Translations under genes and position numbers: made by a program
DNA from: a virus
Length of the DNA stretch: 62,799 nucleotides
IMG/VR virus record: IMGVR_UViG_3300028840_003424
Reading direction: 5' to 3' (one strand)
In this document: one piece after another, positions 28,145-38,294 of the stretch
Position numbering within the stretch: position 1 is the stretch's first letter
Layout: each line of letters starts with the position of its first letter
The notes under the pieces: model-generated
Databases searched by the model: none
The model's input: the letters and a program-made list of their open reading frames with translations, nothing else
What the model was told of the DNA's origin: nothing

Positions 28145-28276
28145 ATGATCCGTTCTGGCCTGGCGGATGTCTGGGACGACATATCAGAGGGGCGCAAAAT
28201 GCAGATCCGCGCCTACTACCGACAGCTTGAGGTCATGGAGGCTTGGGAGCAAGACCAGGCCGAACAGAAGGGATAA
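28145..28276 (+). CDS. Small ORF or +1 frameshift extension of the tail chaperone
   Basis: Frame open 27950..28276 with protein-like sequence from 28103. An internal ATG at 28145 is preceded by GGAGG at 8 nt. The stop abuts the tape measure GTG. Confidence 0.35.
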   Translation: MIRSGLADVWDDISEGRKMQIRAYYRQLEVMEAWEQDQAEQKG

Positions 28277-31045
28277 GTGCCTGAAAAAGACGGTGTAATC
28301 CTTGTAGCACAGGGAGCGTCAAAATTCGTATCCGACATGGCGGCGGCTACGAAAGCATATCAGGGCTTTATGGATGCGACCGGAAAGGGCGCATCCGGGC
28401 TATCTGCCGCTGCGTCTGCGACAAAAGACGTCTCGCAAAAAGCCAAATCGGCAAGCGGCACAATGACCTTGCTGGCCGGGGCGCTCGGTGGGGTAGCCGC
28501 CGCTGCTGCATCCGCTGCACTTGGCGGGCTCAAGCAGATGACGGGTCAGCTAAAGGGGCTCGTTTCAGAGGCGATCCAGACAGCCGGGCGCGTAAACGAG
28601 ATGGGCCTTGTCACGCAGTTGGTGGGCCAAAGGGCCGGGTTCTCTTCTGAACAAATAGACGAGTACACGCAGTCCGTCATCAAGGCTGGCATCCGTACAG
28701 ACATTGCGCAAAACCTCATTGCGCAAATGGCTCGACAGCAACTAGATCTCTCCCAGGCATCCAAGCTTGCACGTGTAGCACAGGATGCCGCGGTCCTCTC
28801 CATGTCCAACTCTTCTGAGACCTTGGCGCGCATCCAGTATGGTATACAGACCTACCAGACAGAGGTCTTGCGCACTGCCGGTCTTAACATCAACATGCAA
28901 GGCTCTTTCAAGATGCTGGCGAAAGAGCTTGGCAAGAGCACGGCAGCTTTAACGGAATCGGAAAAGCAACAAGCAGCGCTGAATGCGGTCCTAGCAGAAG
29001 GGGCCAAGATTGCCGGTACCTATGAACTGGCGATGACTTCCCCCTCCAAGGCGCTGCGTTCTCTCCCCCGCTACTTCTTTGAGATCAAGTCAGCGATCGG
29101 AGCTCCTTTTCAAGATGCGTTTGGGACGGCTATCCAGACTGTGACCAAGTTGACCAAGGCTCTGCTTGCAGCCGTGCAAGAGGGCGGCGCGCTCTATCCC
29201 CTGCTAGTCAAGCTTGGAGCAGTCGCGAGCTTGATCGCGGATGGGTTTGCGGCTCTTGTAGACAAGGTTCTCCCCGCTGTTACGAGCATCACCGGGGAGG
29301 TCGAGGGAGGGATCACCGGGCTAATCAGCAAGGCGTTCAATTGGGGAGCCAACATCGTCATTCAGTTGAGCGAGGGTATTATCAACGCCGCGTCAACTGT
29401 CTTGTCAAAGGCAATTTCCTCTCTTGGAAGAATCCTCTCCGGCTGGCTTGCCCCCGGATCTCCGCCCAAGGTCGCCCCTGACTTGCGCAAGTGGGGCGTG
29501 GGGTGGATGGCAGAGTTGTTTGCAGGGGTACCGGATGCAATGCAAGGTGTGCTTGCCGACATTCAAGGCCCGCTGCAAACGCTTTTCGAGGGCGCGGACT
29601 TTGCCAAGTTGAGCCGTCAGGTGACCGGTTTGCTCGGAAAGGGCGATCGAAAGGGGGTCTTGAACGTCCTGTCTGGTGCGGATGAGGATTTTGGCCCTAT
29701 CTTGGCCGATCTCGCTGAAAGCGAGTTCAACCTTGCGGATGCGATCGAGGCAGTCACACAAGCAGAATTGGATCTCGAGGCAGCACAAAAGCGTGTGCTT
29801 GCGGTCCAGGGCAAGGTTTCGTCAGAAACAGACGAGTACAACCGTCTCCTGAGAGAAGGGGCGAGCCAAGATGTCCTAGATGCGCAACTGGCGCGCATCA
29901 ATGCGGCAGAGGAAGAGCGCAAAGCGGCTCTTGAGGCAGAAAAGGCAGCGGCGGCCAACCTTGAAAAGCGGGAAGTAGCAGCGGACACGGCGCAAGATGA
30001 AGTGTCGGGCATGAAAGACCTGCTCGATCAACTTTTCATGTACAACCGCGCCCTGCAAGAGCAAGAAGAAGTACCTCTTATCGGCGCTGGTGGCGGGATC
30101 GTCCCTCCAGATGCACCTGAGTTCGCAGCGGTCGGCGGGATTGACATCGGCGGGGCAATTGGCGCGGCAGTAGACGCGGCAAAAGAGCAGATCAAAGAGA
30201 AGTTCAGGGGCTTGCTTGGAAGCGTGCGCAAGGTCTGGGAAGAGGGGCTTGCAGAACTGCGCAACAAGTGGAATGTTTTTGTAGCAGGGCTTGGCCTTGC
30301 TTGGGATCGGATCAAGAAAAAGTACCCCATCTTGCAGGAAGTCGAGGATTGGGTTGTCGGCATCCCTGAAAAGATCGGGACCATGATCGCCAATGGATGG
30401 GATCTGTTCAAGGGGGCGCTTGAGGCAGTCTGGTCATACATCGAGACCTATGTCTCCCCTCTGCTGGTCACCTTGCGCGACGTCGTTATAGAGACCCTGA
30501 AAGGCAAAGTGCTCGATCTCGCTCTCGCCTGGTTTGGAGAAGGGGGCCTACTCGACGGGTTGAAGCAGCTCAAAAAGTTCTGGGACGAAAAGCTTGGCCC
30601 GCTGATGAGTGAGATTTGGCCCAAGGTGGTAGAGGCCTTTCGTTTGCAGTATTTGAATCCTCTTATTGAAGGCTTTAACTGGTTTAAGGAAGGGCTAGAG
30701 AAGGTAAACGAGATACTTGGCAAGGTTCTGGAAAAGATTCGCACAGCCAACTTGAAAAAGATGGACGCTCTGATTGGGCACAGCCCGTCACCGCTCGCGA
30801 TCGGTATCTCGACTGCCGCCGACGCCATGGAGCGCATGGCAAAGGTGAGTCTCCCCCAGATGAATGCAGCTATGGGGGCCTACAGAGGGGCGGGCGCGGC
30901 GACGTTCAGGCCGGCGGGGACGACTACGAACACGACGTCAAACCAGTTCAATTTCAACTCAAGCATCAGCAGTGGCATCGATCAAGTCTCTTTTGAGGCG
31001 ATGGTCATGCGAACGATCCGGCGCGCTTTGTCGGAGGCAGCATAG
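28277..31045 (+). CDS. Tape measure protein
   Basis: 922 aa, Ala/Leu/Gly-rich with long helical/coiled-coil stretches; canonical position. Confidence 0.85.
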   Translation: MPEKDGVILVAQGASKFVSDMAAATKAYQGFMDATGKGASGLSAAASATKDVSQKAKSASGTMTLLAGALGGVAAAAASAALGGLKQMTGQLKGLVSEAIQTAGRVNEMGLVTQLVGQRAGFSSEQIDEYTQSVIKAGIRTDIAQNLIAQMARQQLDLSQASKLARVAQDAAVLSMSNSSETLARIQYGIQTYQTEVLRTAGLNINMQGSFKMLAKELGKSTAALTESEKQQAALNAVLAEGAKIAGTYELAMTSPSKALRSLPRYFFEIKSAIGAPFQDAFGTAIQTVTKLTKALLAAVQEGGALYPLLVKLGAVASLIADGFAALVDKVLPAVTSITGEVEGGITGLISKAFNWGANIVIQLSEGIINAASTVLSKAISSLGRILSGWLAPGSPPKVAPDLRKWGVGWMAELFAGVPDAMQGVLADIQGPLQTLFEGADFAKLSRQVTGLLGKGDRKGVLNVLSGADEDFGPILADLAESEFNLADAIEAVTQAELDLEAAQKRVLAVQGKVSSETDEYNRLLREGASQDVLDAQLARINAAEEERKAALEAEKAAAANLEKREVAADTAQDEVSGMKDLLDQLFMYNRALQEQEEVPLIGAGGGIVPPDAPEFAAVGGIDIGGAIGAAVDAAKEQIKEKFRGLLGSVRKVWEEGLAELRNKWNVFVAGLGLAWDRIKKKYPILQEVEDWVVGIPEKIGTMIANGWDLFKGALEAVWSYIETYVSPLLVTLRDVVIETLKGKVLDLALAWFGEGGLLDGLKQLKKFWDEKLGPLMSEIWPKVVEAFRLQYLNPLIEGFNWFKEGLEKVNEILGKVLEKIRTANLKKMDALIGHSPSPLAIGISTAADAMERMAKVSLPQMNAAMGAYRGAGAATFRPAGTTTNTTSNQFNFNSSISSGIDQVSFEAMVMRTIRRALSEAA

Positions 31046-33804
31046 TGGCAAACCCATACAGCCGTTTTGTGATCACAGACGGCACAACCGAAACATCTGG
31101 GCACAGGCGAGAGGTTTCCCTTCTGAACGGCACAAACGGTATCTGCATCAGTGAATGGAGCATGCGGGTCGCAGAGACCAAGAATGGGGGCGTTTGGGCT
31201 GACTCTGCTCTTGCGGATGGCCGGTTCTTGCAGATGTCCAAGCTGCAAAACGTGCAAGAGACGCTTACCCTGACTGTCTCTGATTGGGATGCAGACGCCC
31301 TTGCCGATGACCTGCATTTGCTCTACGATCTCTTGGAGCAAGCACGCAATTGGGGGCCTAGCGGCTGGTCTAAAAAGCCAGTTTGGATTGAGGTCGTTGG
31401 TGTCAACGAGACTAACATCCGCTACGCACTGGTCCATACCTATGCTACGCCGGGCGCGGGCGATCCGTTCCATCAACCGTTTTGGCAGCGAGTCTTACGG
31501 TCTGGGATCAACGAGTTTGAGCTTGTCCTTGAGCGAGAACCGTCCTGGCGCGGCAACTATCCCGGCGACTCTGATTGTGTCGAGATCAGCGCAATGCAAG
31601 AGATGTGCACGATCTACCCCCTGGTTTTTAATGGCGACACGTCAGAGGTGGATCTTGCAAGCCCGGCAGTGCTAGACGATCTGCCGAGCACTTGGGCCTC
31701 TTTCACTGTCGAGGCGTGGGTCTATGCGGACGGGTGGGGTGAGGTAAATCTTGGGCGCATCATCGACAAGTCAGGGAATGGGAACGTTGGATGGTCGTTT
31801 TGGATTAGCAACACTGCCGGGCTCGTGGCGCGTGTCTACTACGATGTGCAGGATGCCGTATCAGAATCCGGCACGGACGATTGGGGGACAAGCCAGCTGT
31901 CTGGCTGGCATCATGTCGCGTTTGGGTACGTTGCTGCAACGGATACTATTCGGTTATGGATCGATGGTATAGAGCCATCTTATGCAACACAGCAAGCCGG
32001 AAACAACAACTTTTTGGCAGACGCAGCGCAGACCGCGCAAATTGGGAACATCGCAAATGGGACGCGATGTTGGGACGGCAAAATTGGCTGGTTGCGCATA
32101 TCGAGTGGTACAAAGTACGCCGCTGGCTTTACGCCTCCAGAGAGATGTATTATCCCTGCTGGCGGAGACGGTTTTGCGCAATGGCTTGGGATTCACGAAG
32201 GGACAGGGAACACGATCTATGACTTGGCGATATTGGGCGGCAACAACGGAACAGCGACGAACACAACATGGGGCGACTGCTGCTCTGTCACCTATGGCAC
32301 CTATGATCCGGTTGACGCAGAACGAGAAGAAAGCTGCGATGACGAGTTTGTGTTTGTCGCCAACAAGCATAACACCATCGGACTGACTCACATTATGGTG
32401 GAGGATGGGGCAGTATTTGGGGCCAACCTGCTTGCCGGAGATCCCCCTTACTCTCTTTTGCCCGCCGTTCCGGCTGCAAACGATCGGGTGTACTTTGGCA
32501 TCCAGAGCACGCTTGCCGACGCTGGTCCATTCTGCTCTCTGGTGTTCGATCTGTCTCAAGCCCAAGCCAACGTTGCAGATATTGTCTGGGAGTACTGGAA
32601 TGGTGCATGGGTCGCCCTGACCGTGCAAGACAACACAGATCAAAATGGGGCAATGACCGGGGCAGCGTTCGACACGACCGGACGCAGATCGGTCCATTGG
32701 GTACAACCGTCCGATTGGGCGACGACAACGGTCAATGGTGTAACAGGTTTTTGGATACGTGCCGAGGTCCAAGATGCGGGGACGCAACCCCCTATCCAGC
32801 AGAATCGACATGTGTACACGGTGCTTTCTCCTTTCCTAGAGATTCAGAAAGACCAATTGAACGGCAACGTGCCAGCCATTGCCAAGCTTGCGCTTTTGAA
32901 TCAGAGCGACAATAACAACACGGTTGTACTGCCCTACAACCGTGTGATCATGGGACTCCGCTCTGTCTCTCGTGGCGCGGACTTTACCCCCTACCTGAAC
33001 ATCACAGATCGAGAACTCAACAACTTTTCTACAATCTTTGTGTCCGCCGCTGGCGTAGGGGCCTTTGCAGTAGATTCAACCGCTGTTACAGGGCGCTCTC
33101 TTTTTGTCGCCAACCCTGGCGCGATGGCAAATGTGACCTATATCCAGATACAAGACGCAACCAGCTACCAGGGGACGTTTCACGCCTACTTGAGACTTCA
33201 GCAGACGAGCGGGGCGGCGGGGGATCTGTCTTTTCGCGCTTGGGCAACTGCCGGGCTCACTATCGGGAACATCAATGCGGCTTTCTGGGTCTCTGACACA
33301 GTGGAGACGCAATACGCCAATGATTGGCAAGTGCTCGATCTTGGGACTGTGACCGTTGACACGGAGTTTGGAAGTATCAACTCGTTTGTCTGGTTTGGAA
33401 TTGACGCAGCCGGAGATGGTGCTGCGGATGCGAATCTATACGATCTGATCTTGATGCCCACAGACGAGTGGTCAGCGGATGTGCTTGATCCATTCAATAT
33501 CTCAACGTCTTTTTGCGGAAACCGGGACAACGATGGGTACTCTGTGCTGGCCGATCGTGTTTCAGATCCGCGCAAGTGGCATTCGCTTGTAACGGATCGA
33601 GACTTGGGCAGCGTGAACATGCTCTGGCAAGGTCGGGCGCCGGAGGGGCCGATCCTTTTGCCGGACACAAGGCAGCGGCTTTGGTTTTTCTGTACTCGCT
33701 ACCCATCCACGACCACGACGGAGCAGCGAGCAGAGCCCTACTTGAGCGGATCCCCACAGGTGTGGGCCACTGAGAGATACTTGCTCATGCGGGGGGACAA
33801 GTGA
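31045..33804 (+). CDS. Distal tail protein with an internal LamG-like domain
   Basis: GTG overlapping the tape measure stop. FTVEAWVYADGWG...WHHVAFGY...IRLWIDG LamG-like signature. Confidence 0.6.
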   Translation: MANPYSRFVITDGTTETSGHRREVSLLNGTNGICISEWSMRVAETKNGGVWADSALADGRFLQMSKLQNVQETLTLTVSDWDADALADDLHLLYDLLEQARNWGPSGWSKKPVWIEVVGVNETNIRYALVHTYATPGAGDPFHQPFWQRVLRSGINEFELVLEREPSWRGNYPGDSDCVEISAMQEMCTIYPLVFNGDTSEVDLASPAVLDDLPSTWASFTVEAWVYADGWGEVNLGRIIDKSGNGNVGWSFWISNTAGLVARVYYDVQDAVSESGTDDWGTSQLSGWHHVAFGYVAATDTIRLWIDGIEPSYATQQAGNNNFLADAAQTAQIGNIANGTRCWDGKIGWLRISSGTKYAAGFTPPERCIIPAGGDGFAQWLGIHEGTGNTIYDLAILGGNNGTATNTTWGDCCSVTYGTYDPVDAEREESCDDEFVFVANKHNTIGLTHIMVEDGAVFGANLLAGDPPYSLLPAVPAANDRVYFGIQSTLADAGPFCSLVFDLSQAQANVADIVWEYWNGAWVALTVQDNTDQNGAMTGAAFDTTGRRSVHWVQPSDWATTTVNGVTGFWIRAEVQDAGTQPPIQQNRHVYTVLSPFLEIQKDQLNGNVPAIAKLALLNQSDNNNTVVLPYNRVIMGLRSVSRGADFTPYLNITDRELNNFSTIFVSAAGVGAFAVDSTAVTGRSLFVANPGAMANVTYIQIQDATSYQGTFHAYLRLQQTSGAAGDLSFRAWATAGLTIGNINAAFWVSDTVETQYANDWQVLDLGTVTVDTEFGSINSFVWFGIDAAGDGAADANLYDLILMPTDEWSADVLDPFNISTSFCGNRDNDGYSVLADRVSDPRKWHSLVTDRDLGSVNMLWQGRAPEGPILLPDTRQRLWFFCTRYPSTTTTEQRAEPYLSGSPQVWATERYLLMRGDK

Positions 33805-35003
33805 GCATCTATCGCTCTGTAGGGCTGTCTATCTCTGCGTTCAAGCCCACGATTGACACGAGCACGCCCCTTTATACTCCTGCCGGGACATTGGTCACGG
33901 ATCAACTTGGGCAACAAGTGGACTCCTACGAGCATGAGATTCTCGCTGACGGTGGGTTTTGGGCCGCACGCTTTACCATTCAAGCCTCTCGCCCGGTGCT
34001 GGAGGAATGGTTTGATCAGGGCCTCAATCGGCACATAGAGGTTTACGGTCCTGAGTTGACGCTTCTTTGGGAAGGGTTTGTCAACCAGATCGAGTACAGC
34101 GCCGGGGCACTCTCTGCCGTGCATGGCCCTCTGATGGATGCGACAAACAGGACGAGCGTGGTCTATACGCCGATCTTGGACGCGACGACAGATCCACCCA
34201 CGACCGGGGTACAGCAAAGCACGACCGTCGCAGACGATGACGATAGCCGGGCAAAGTATGCTGTACTCGAAACCGTTCTATCTCAAGGGCAACTTTTGGA
34301 TGATGGGACGACGGACCAGGCAGAGCAGATCAGAGACACCTACCTGGAGGAAAACGCTTGGCCCAAGTCAACCCAAAGCCTTGGGTTGGGCGATTCCTCT
34401 CAACCGTCGATCACAGTAAGTTGCCTGGGGTACGTGCATCGCTTGTCTCGTTACATTGTACAGGACACGACGGCAGCAACGGTACAGATCTCGAACAATG
34501 CCGGGACCGGCAAACTCCAACTGGCGATTGCCGCAGATCCCAACGGCATGTTTCCGGCAACGTACAGCAAAACGGACAACAACGCTTTTCTGGCAAGCAG
34601 GTATGAGAATGGGAACCGCATGGCCTGGGACGTGATACAAGAGTTGGTCAGTGTGGGGGATGTAAACGACGATCGTTATACATTTGGGGTCTATGATGGG
34701 CGCATCGCAACGTACACTGTCAAGCCAACGGATGTCCTTTATCAGCGCAAGCTCGGTGGCGCGCGCATGGCCCTGGAGCATTTTGGGAGCGAGCAAGACG
34801 TCATGCCCTGGCTAGTTCGCCCGGCACAATGGGTCTTTTTGCCCAACTTTTTGACCGGCAAATCAGAGCCGCTGACCAGGGCGAGCGATCCACGGTATGA
34901 GTTTATAGAGTCTGTGCGGTACACTGCTCCTTTTGGACTGCAAATCTCTGGCAACCCGGACAGCCGCCTTGATCGGATGCTTGCCAAGCTGGGGATGCGA
35001 TGA
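33801..35003 (+). CDS. Tail tip/baseplate-region protein
   Basis: GTGA overlap with the upstream gene; 400 aa; call from position only. Confidence 0.5.
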   Translation: MSIYRSVGLSISAFKPTIDTSTPLYTPAGTLVTDQLGQQVDSYEHEILADGGFWAARFTIQASRPVLEEWFDQGLNRHIEVYGPELTLLWEGFVNQIEYSAGALSAVHGPLMDATNRTSVVYTPILDATTDPPTTGVQQSTTVADDDDSRAKYAVLETVLSQGQLLDDGTTDQAEQIRDTYLEENAWPKSTQSLGLGDSSQPSITVSCLGYVHRLSRYIVQDTTAATVQISNNAGTGKLQLAIAADPNGMFPATYSKTDNNAFLASRYENGNRMAWDVIQELVSVGDVNDDRYTFGVYDGRIATYTVKPTDVLYQRKLGGARMALEHFGSEQDVMPWLVRPAQWVFLPNFLTGKSEPLTRASDPRYEFIESVRYTAPFGLQISGNPDSRLDRMLAKLGMR

Positions 35004-35809
35004 TCGGAACAACCAGACGCCGCAGCGATGTCATGAATAGTCGGGCCGGGGAACTGCAACCCCGGCATGACGGATCGTTTGCCTGGAAAACACTTGCATC
35101 TACGCTTCAATGCTTGCCCGCCTTGCGCGGAGCGTGGATCATGGGCGCATCGCTGGACTCAAACGGGGACGTCTACGATCTGAGCGAGCAGGATCGGACA
35201 CTCAATTACAATGGCGGATCGTATGCCTACACCGGACTGGTCCCCTTGCTCAGTCTGGGCGGAGGGGCCGGGGCCTACTTGAACCGGTTGGACGAGGCCG
35301 GGCTGGACATTCTTGGGACCGAGGCGTGGATAGCGGACAAGGGGCTGACCATCGGCGGATGGTTCAATTTTGATCGGCTGACCGCACAAGAGTTCTTGAT
35401 CGGCAAGGCGTCAACAGTCGCGGCGACGTCAAGTTATTGGCTCTCTTTCCGTGGCGATGTCGCAAACGATCCTGTTCGGTTCAACATCAGCGATGGTGCG
35501 GCCCTGGACACAGTTGACGTGCAGATCACTCCGTCCACCTCAAGCTGGACCTTTGTCGTGGGCCGGTACGATCCTTCTACAGAGATCAAGGTTTTCGCAG
35601 CGCAAGGAACCTTGGAGAGCAACACTAACGCGGTAGGGATTCCCGCTGCTCTGAACAACAGCGGGGTTGACTTTACGGTCGGCGCGGATTCTACCGGGGC
35701 GAACAGGCTACAGGGTGACGTGTCGGCGTGTTTCCTTTGCGCATGTCGCTTGTCTGACACACTGATATCCTCTATCTGGCATCACACGAGGGCGCTGTAT
35801 GGACACTAG
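35000..35809 (+). CDS. LamG-like domain tail protein
   Basis: LTIGGWFNFDRL...WTFVVGRYD...IKVFAAQG signature. Confidence 0.55.
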   Translation: MIGTTRRRSDVMNSRAGELQPRHDGSFAWKTLASTLQCLPALRGAWIMGASLDSNGDVYDLSEQDRTLNYNGGSYAYTGLVPLLSLGGGAGAYLNRLDEAGLDILGTEAWIADKGLTIGGWFNFDRLTAQEFLIGKASTVAATSSYWLSFRGDVANDPVRFNISDGAALDTVDVQITPSTSSWTFVVGRYDPSTEIKVFAAQGTLESNTNAVGIPAALNNSGVDFTVGADSTGANRLQGDVSACFLCACRLSDTLISSIWHHTRALYGH

Positions 35810-37355
35810 ACACACCCCCTATCTGTACGGTATGACTGACTTGTGCCCTGACAATGTGCTTGACGGCAAGGGGGTTATTGTGCATCCGGTCAGGCTTGGG
35901 CACAACCCGGACGACTTTTCTTCTGTGGATTACAGCGACCGGCGTGAGACCATGATCTGCCGACCGCAGCACGGATGGGGAAACGAGGGCACGCTTCCCA
36001 TCGAGCCGTACATGCCGTACTACTTGCAGCGCATGAGAAACTTTGTTTCAGGATCCAAAGGGGTCAACATCTGGATTGCTTGGAACGAGCCCAACCACAG
36101 CCAAGAAAGGCCAAACGGCCAGATCATCTCCCCGAGTTATGCAGCGACGTCCTACTTGGACATCCGAGACGTGATCCGTTCTCTGCCAGGACACGATGAT
36201 GACCTTGTGCTTGTCGGCGCGATCGCTCCCTGGAACATTGAAACCGGCGACTGGCTAGAGTACATGCAAGCCGTTTATGCACAGCTTCCCACAGCCTACG
36301 TTGATGGCATAGCCCTACATGCCTACACCCACGGAGCGCATCCTGATCTGATCTTTTCGATGGAAGTTCAGCACGGTTGGCTGTGGCACTTTCGGACCTA
36401 CCAGCAACAGATCAATGTGGGTATCCCTGACCGTTTCAAAGATCGGCCTATCTACATCACAGAGACGAATCAAGGCGATGGGCCTTGGCTGGACTATAAC
36501 AACGGATGGGCGCAGAATGCGTACCTGGAAATTGACGACTGGAATCGCGCCGGAGAGCCGACGATCCGATCGCTGGTCCTCTATCGGTGGGCCTTTGATC
36601 AATGGAAGATTCAGGATAAGGACGGCGTAAAAGCCGATCTGCACACCGCAATGGAACACGAGTACACATGGACCGGCTGGACCCCGCCGGATCCCCCGGA
36701 GGACAACATGCTAGAGAATCACAGTTTTGAGGGTGGATGGTACAATCAAACTCCTGACGGAATCCTTGTGTTGCCGGAAGGCTGGTTTGCAGAGTATCAA
36801 GAGGGAGACGACCCGTACAAACGACCTGAGATCAAGCCCAACCAGGAGTTTGTCACGGACGGCACGCACAGTATCCGCTCCTTTCCGCCAGAGCACAGCC
36901 GGGCCTTTTCGGGCATCTGTCAAGACGTCGACGTGGAGCCTGGACAGTGGTATAGGCTCTCCGCTGATGTACGCATAGAAAGCAAGCCGAGCGGTGAGCT
37001 TACAGCGTTTGTCGGAATACAGCCGTGGGGCGGGTCAATTTTCGAGCGCCAAATGATCTGGGGGAAAGAGACCAGGCTGTTGGATGAGTTCCAACAGATC
37101 GAGGCCTATGTACAGGCGTTCGGCGGGCGCATCCGGGTTGCCTTGGGATCAACCAACAAATGGGCCAGCAAGAACAACACAACTTGGTGGGACAACGCCA
37201 AACTGGAGCCTTGGGAGTGCGACGGCGGCACGGAACCCCCCGTAGATCCCCCCGAGCCCGGAGAGTGTAGCGCGCTGACCTATGCCGAAACGGTGGCGGC
37301 AGTGGAGCAAGGCGTCAAGGGCGCGCTAGAGGGGTTGTGTATCCGCCTGGAGTAA
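35799..37355 (+). CDS. Glycoside hydrolase (clan GH-A TIM barrel) with a C-terminal CBM4/9-like module
   Basis: IWIAWNEPNH (acid/base NEP) and PIYITETNQ (nucleophile TE); C-terminal LENHSFEGGWYNQ. Confidence 0.65.
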   Translation: MDTRHTPYLYGMTDLCPDNVLDGKGVIVHPVRLGHNPDDFSSVDYSDRRETMICRPQHGWGNEGTLPIEPYMPYYLQRMRNFVSGSKGVNIWIAWNEPNHSQERPNGQIISPSYAATSYLDIRDVIRSLPGHDDDLVLVGAIAPWNIETGDWLEYMQAVYAQLPTAYVDGIALHAYTHGAHPDLIFSMEVQHGWLWHFRTYQQQINVGIPDRFKDRPIYITETNQGDGPWLDYNNGWAQNAYLEIDDWNRAGEPTIRSLVLYRWAFDQWKIQDKDGVKADLHTAMEHEYTWTGWTPPDPPEDNMLENHSFEGGWYNQTPDGILVLPEGWFAEYQEGDDPYKRPEIKPNQEFVTDGTHSIRSFPPEHSRAFSGICQDVDVEPGQWYRLSADVRIESKPSGELTAFVGIQPWGGSIFERQMIWGKETRLLDEFQQIEAYVQAFGGRIRVALGSTNKWASKNNTTWWDNAKLEPWECDGGTEPPVDPPEPGECSALTYAETVAAVEQGVKGALEGLCIRLE

Positions 37356-37358
37356 CGC

Positions 37359-37718
37359 ATGAACGCATCGCAGCAGTCGAGGGGAACGTCAGAGATCACA
37401 ATGCTGGCCCAAAAGGCGATCGATCAGCAATCGCGTGTCTGCCAAGAGCGGATGGGGCGGCTCAGTGACCGGCTCAATCAAGTAGCGCGGGACGTAGACG
37501 AAGCGAGGCAGGGATTGGGAGACTTGGCAGAGGTGGTCAGCAAAGGGACCGAAAAGCAAGCGGAGCAAATGACGGCGCTTTTGGTCGCAGTGGAGCATGC
37601 CAACACGGAAAACAAGACACGATGGTCATTCTTTCGCGTGTTCTCAGGCGTGATCGCCGCGCTCGGGGCTCTGTCTGGGATGGCAGGGCTCTTGATCTCG
37701 CTCTTGAATCGTCCGTAA
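37359..37718 (+). CDS. Tail-anchored membrane protein (holin/lysis-associated candidate)
   Basis: Helical N-terminal part and a single C-terminal TM segment, FFRVFSGVIAALGALSGMAGLLISLL; last gene of the late operon. Confidence 0.45.
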   Translation: MNASQQSRGTSEITMLAQKAIDQQSRVCQERMGRLSDRLNQVARDVDEARQGLGDLAEVVSKGTEKQAEQMTALLVAVEHANTENKTRWSFFRVFSGVIAALGALSGMAGLLISLLNRP

Positions 37719-37720
37719 CC

Positions 37721-37740
37721 CTTATTATAGATCTAAAATG
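37721..37740. repeat. AT-rich element, half copy (right arm only)
   Basis: CTTATTATAGATCTAAAATG resembles TTCTTATAGATCTAAATTTT of copy 1; abuts the terminator at 37741. Confidence 0.55.
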
Positions 37741-37777
37741 AAAAGAGCCCTTGCCGGTCATCGGCAAGGGCTCTTTT
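37741..37777. terminator. Bidirectional rho-independent terminator between convergent operons
   Basis: AAAAGAGCCCTTGCCG-GTCAT-CGGCAAGGGCTCTTTT: 16-bp perfect stem with A/T tracts on both sides; sits between the + stop at 37718 and the - stop at 37791. Confidence 0.9.
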
Positions 37778-37790
37778 GCTTGGGTGATGT

Positions 37791-38120
37791 CTAGTACTCG
37801 TAAAATATCTCAAACCGATCGTTTGGCCTGGTATGGTTCAATCGATCGCGTTCGTGCTTGCAAGATTCAAAAGACTCAGAAAACCACATGTTAGCGTACA
37901 ATGGGAACCACGTGGTAAGCATATACTCTACAGAAGAGCCCTTGCCGGATGCATGATCATCGTAGTTGGGCGGTTCTCTATCTGGGCGGATCTCGCTATA
38001 CAATGCCGCAAGCTTGCACCATGCATCTTGTGCGTCAAGGTTCGCATGCTTGTAATGTGAGACGATCGCCTTGATGTCGTCCGTGTGTTGGCCCTTGGTT
38101 TGCTCTACCCAATATGGCAT
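37791..38120 (-). CDS. Hypothetical protein
   Basis: ORF 37791..38183 trimmed to the ATG at 38120, after the leader cacacgaaaggaaaaaacg. Confidence 0.55.
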   Translation of the reverse strand: MPYWVEQTKGQHTDDIKAIVSHYKHANLDAQDAWCKLAALYSEIRPDREPPNYDDHASGKGSSVEYMLTTWFPLYANMWFSESFESCKHERDRLNHTRPNDRFEIFYEY

Positions 38121-38163
38121 CGTTTTTTCCTTTCGTGTGTGTGTTCTCATTTCCCCCAAGGCC

Positions 38164-38172
38164 ATTGTACCA
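38164..38172 (-). promoter_or_regulatory. Extended -10 promoter (TGGTACAAT on the minus strand)
   Basis: Reverse complement gtgTGGTACAATggccttggggg...cacacacgaaagg leads into the ATG at 38120. Confidence 0.65.
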
Positions 38173-38202
38173 CACAACCCCATGCTAGTCGATGGGACTT
38201 GG

Positions 38203-38263
38203 GTACTAACTTTTTGTCACTAGTACCCTAGTACTATGTGTAAAATGTTTGTAACCCTAGTAC
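38203..38263. promoter_or_regulatory. Cluster of CTAGTAC heptamers between divergent promoters (candidate operator array)
   Basis: GTACTA at 38203-08; CTAGTAC at 38220-26, 38228-34 and 38257-63. Confidence 0.5.
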
Positions 38264-38285
38264 CATTCCATGCATGGTGGTTACG

Positions 38286-38294
38286 TGGTACAAT
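38286..38294 (+). promoter_or_regulatory. Extended -10 promoter TGGTACAAT
   Basis: ttacgTGGTACAATgg, followed by the leader ...cacacgaaaggaaaaaacgATG (38339). Confidence 0.65.
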
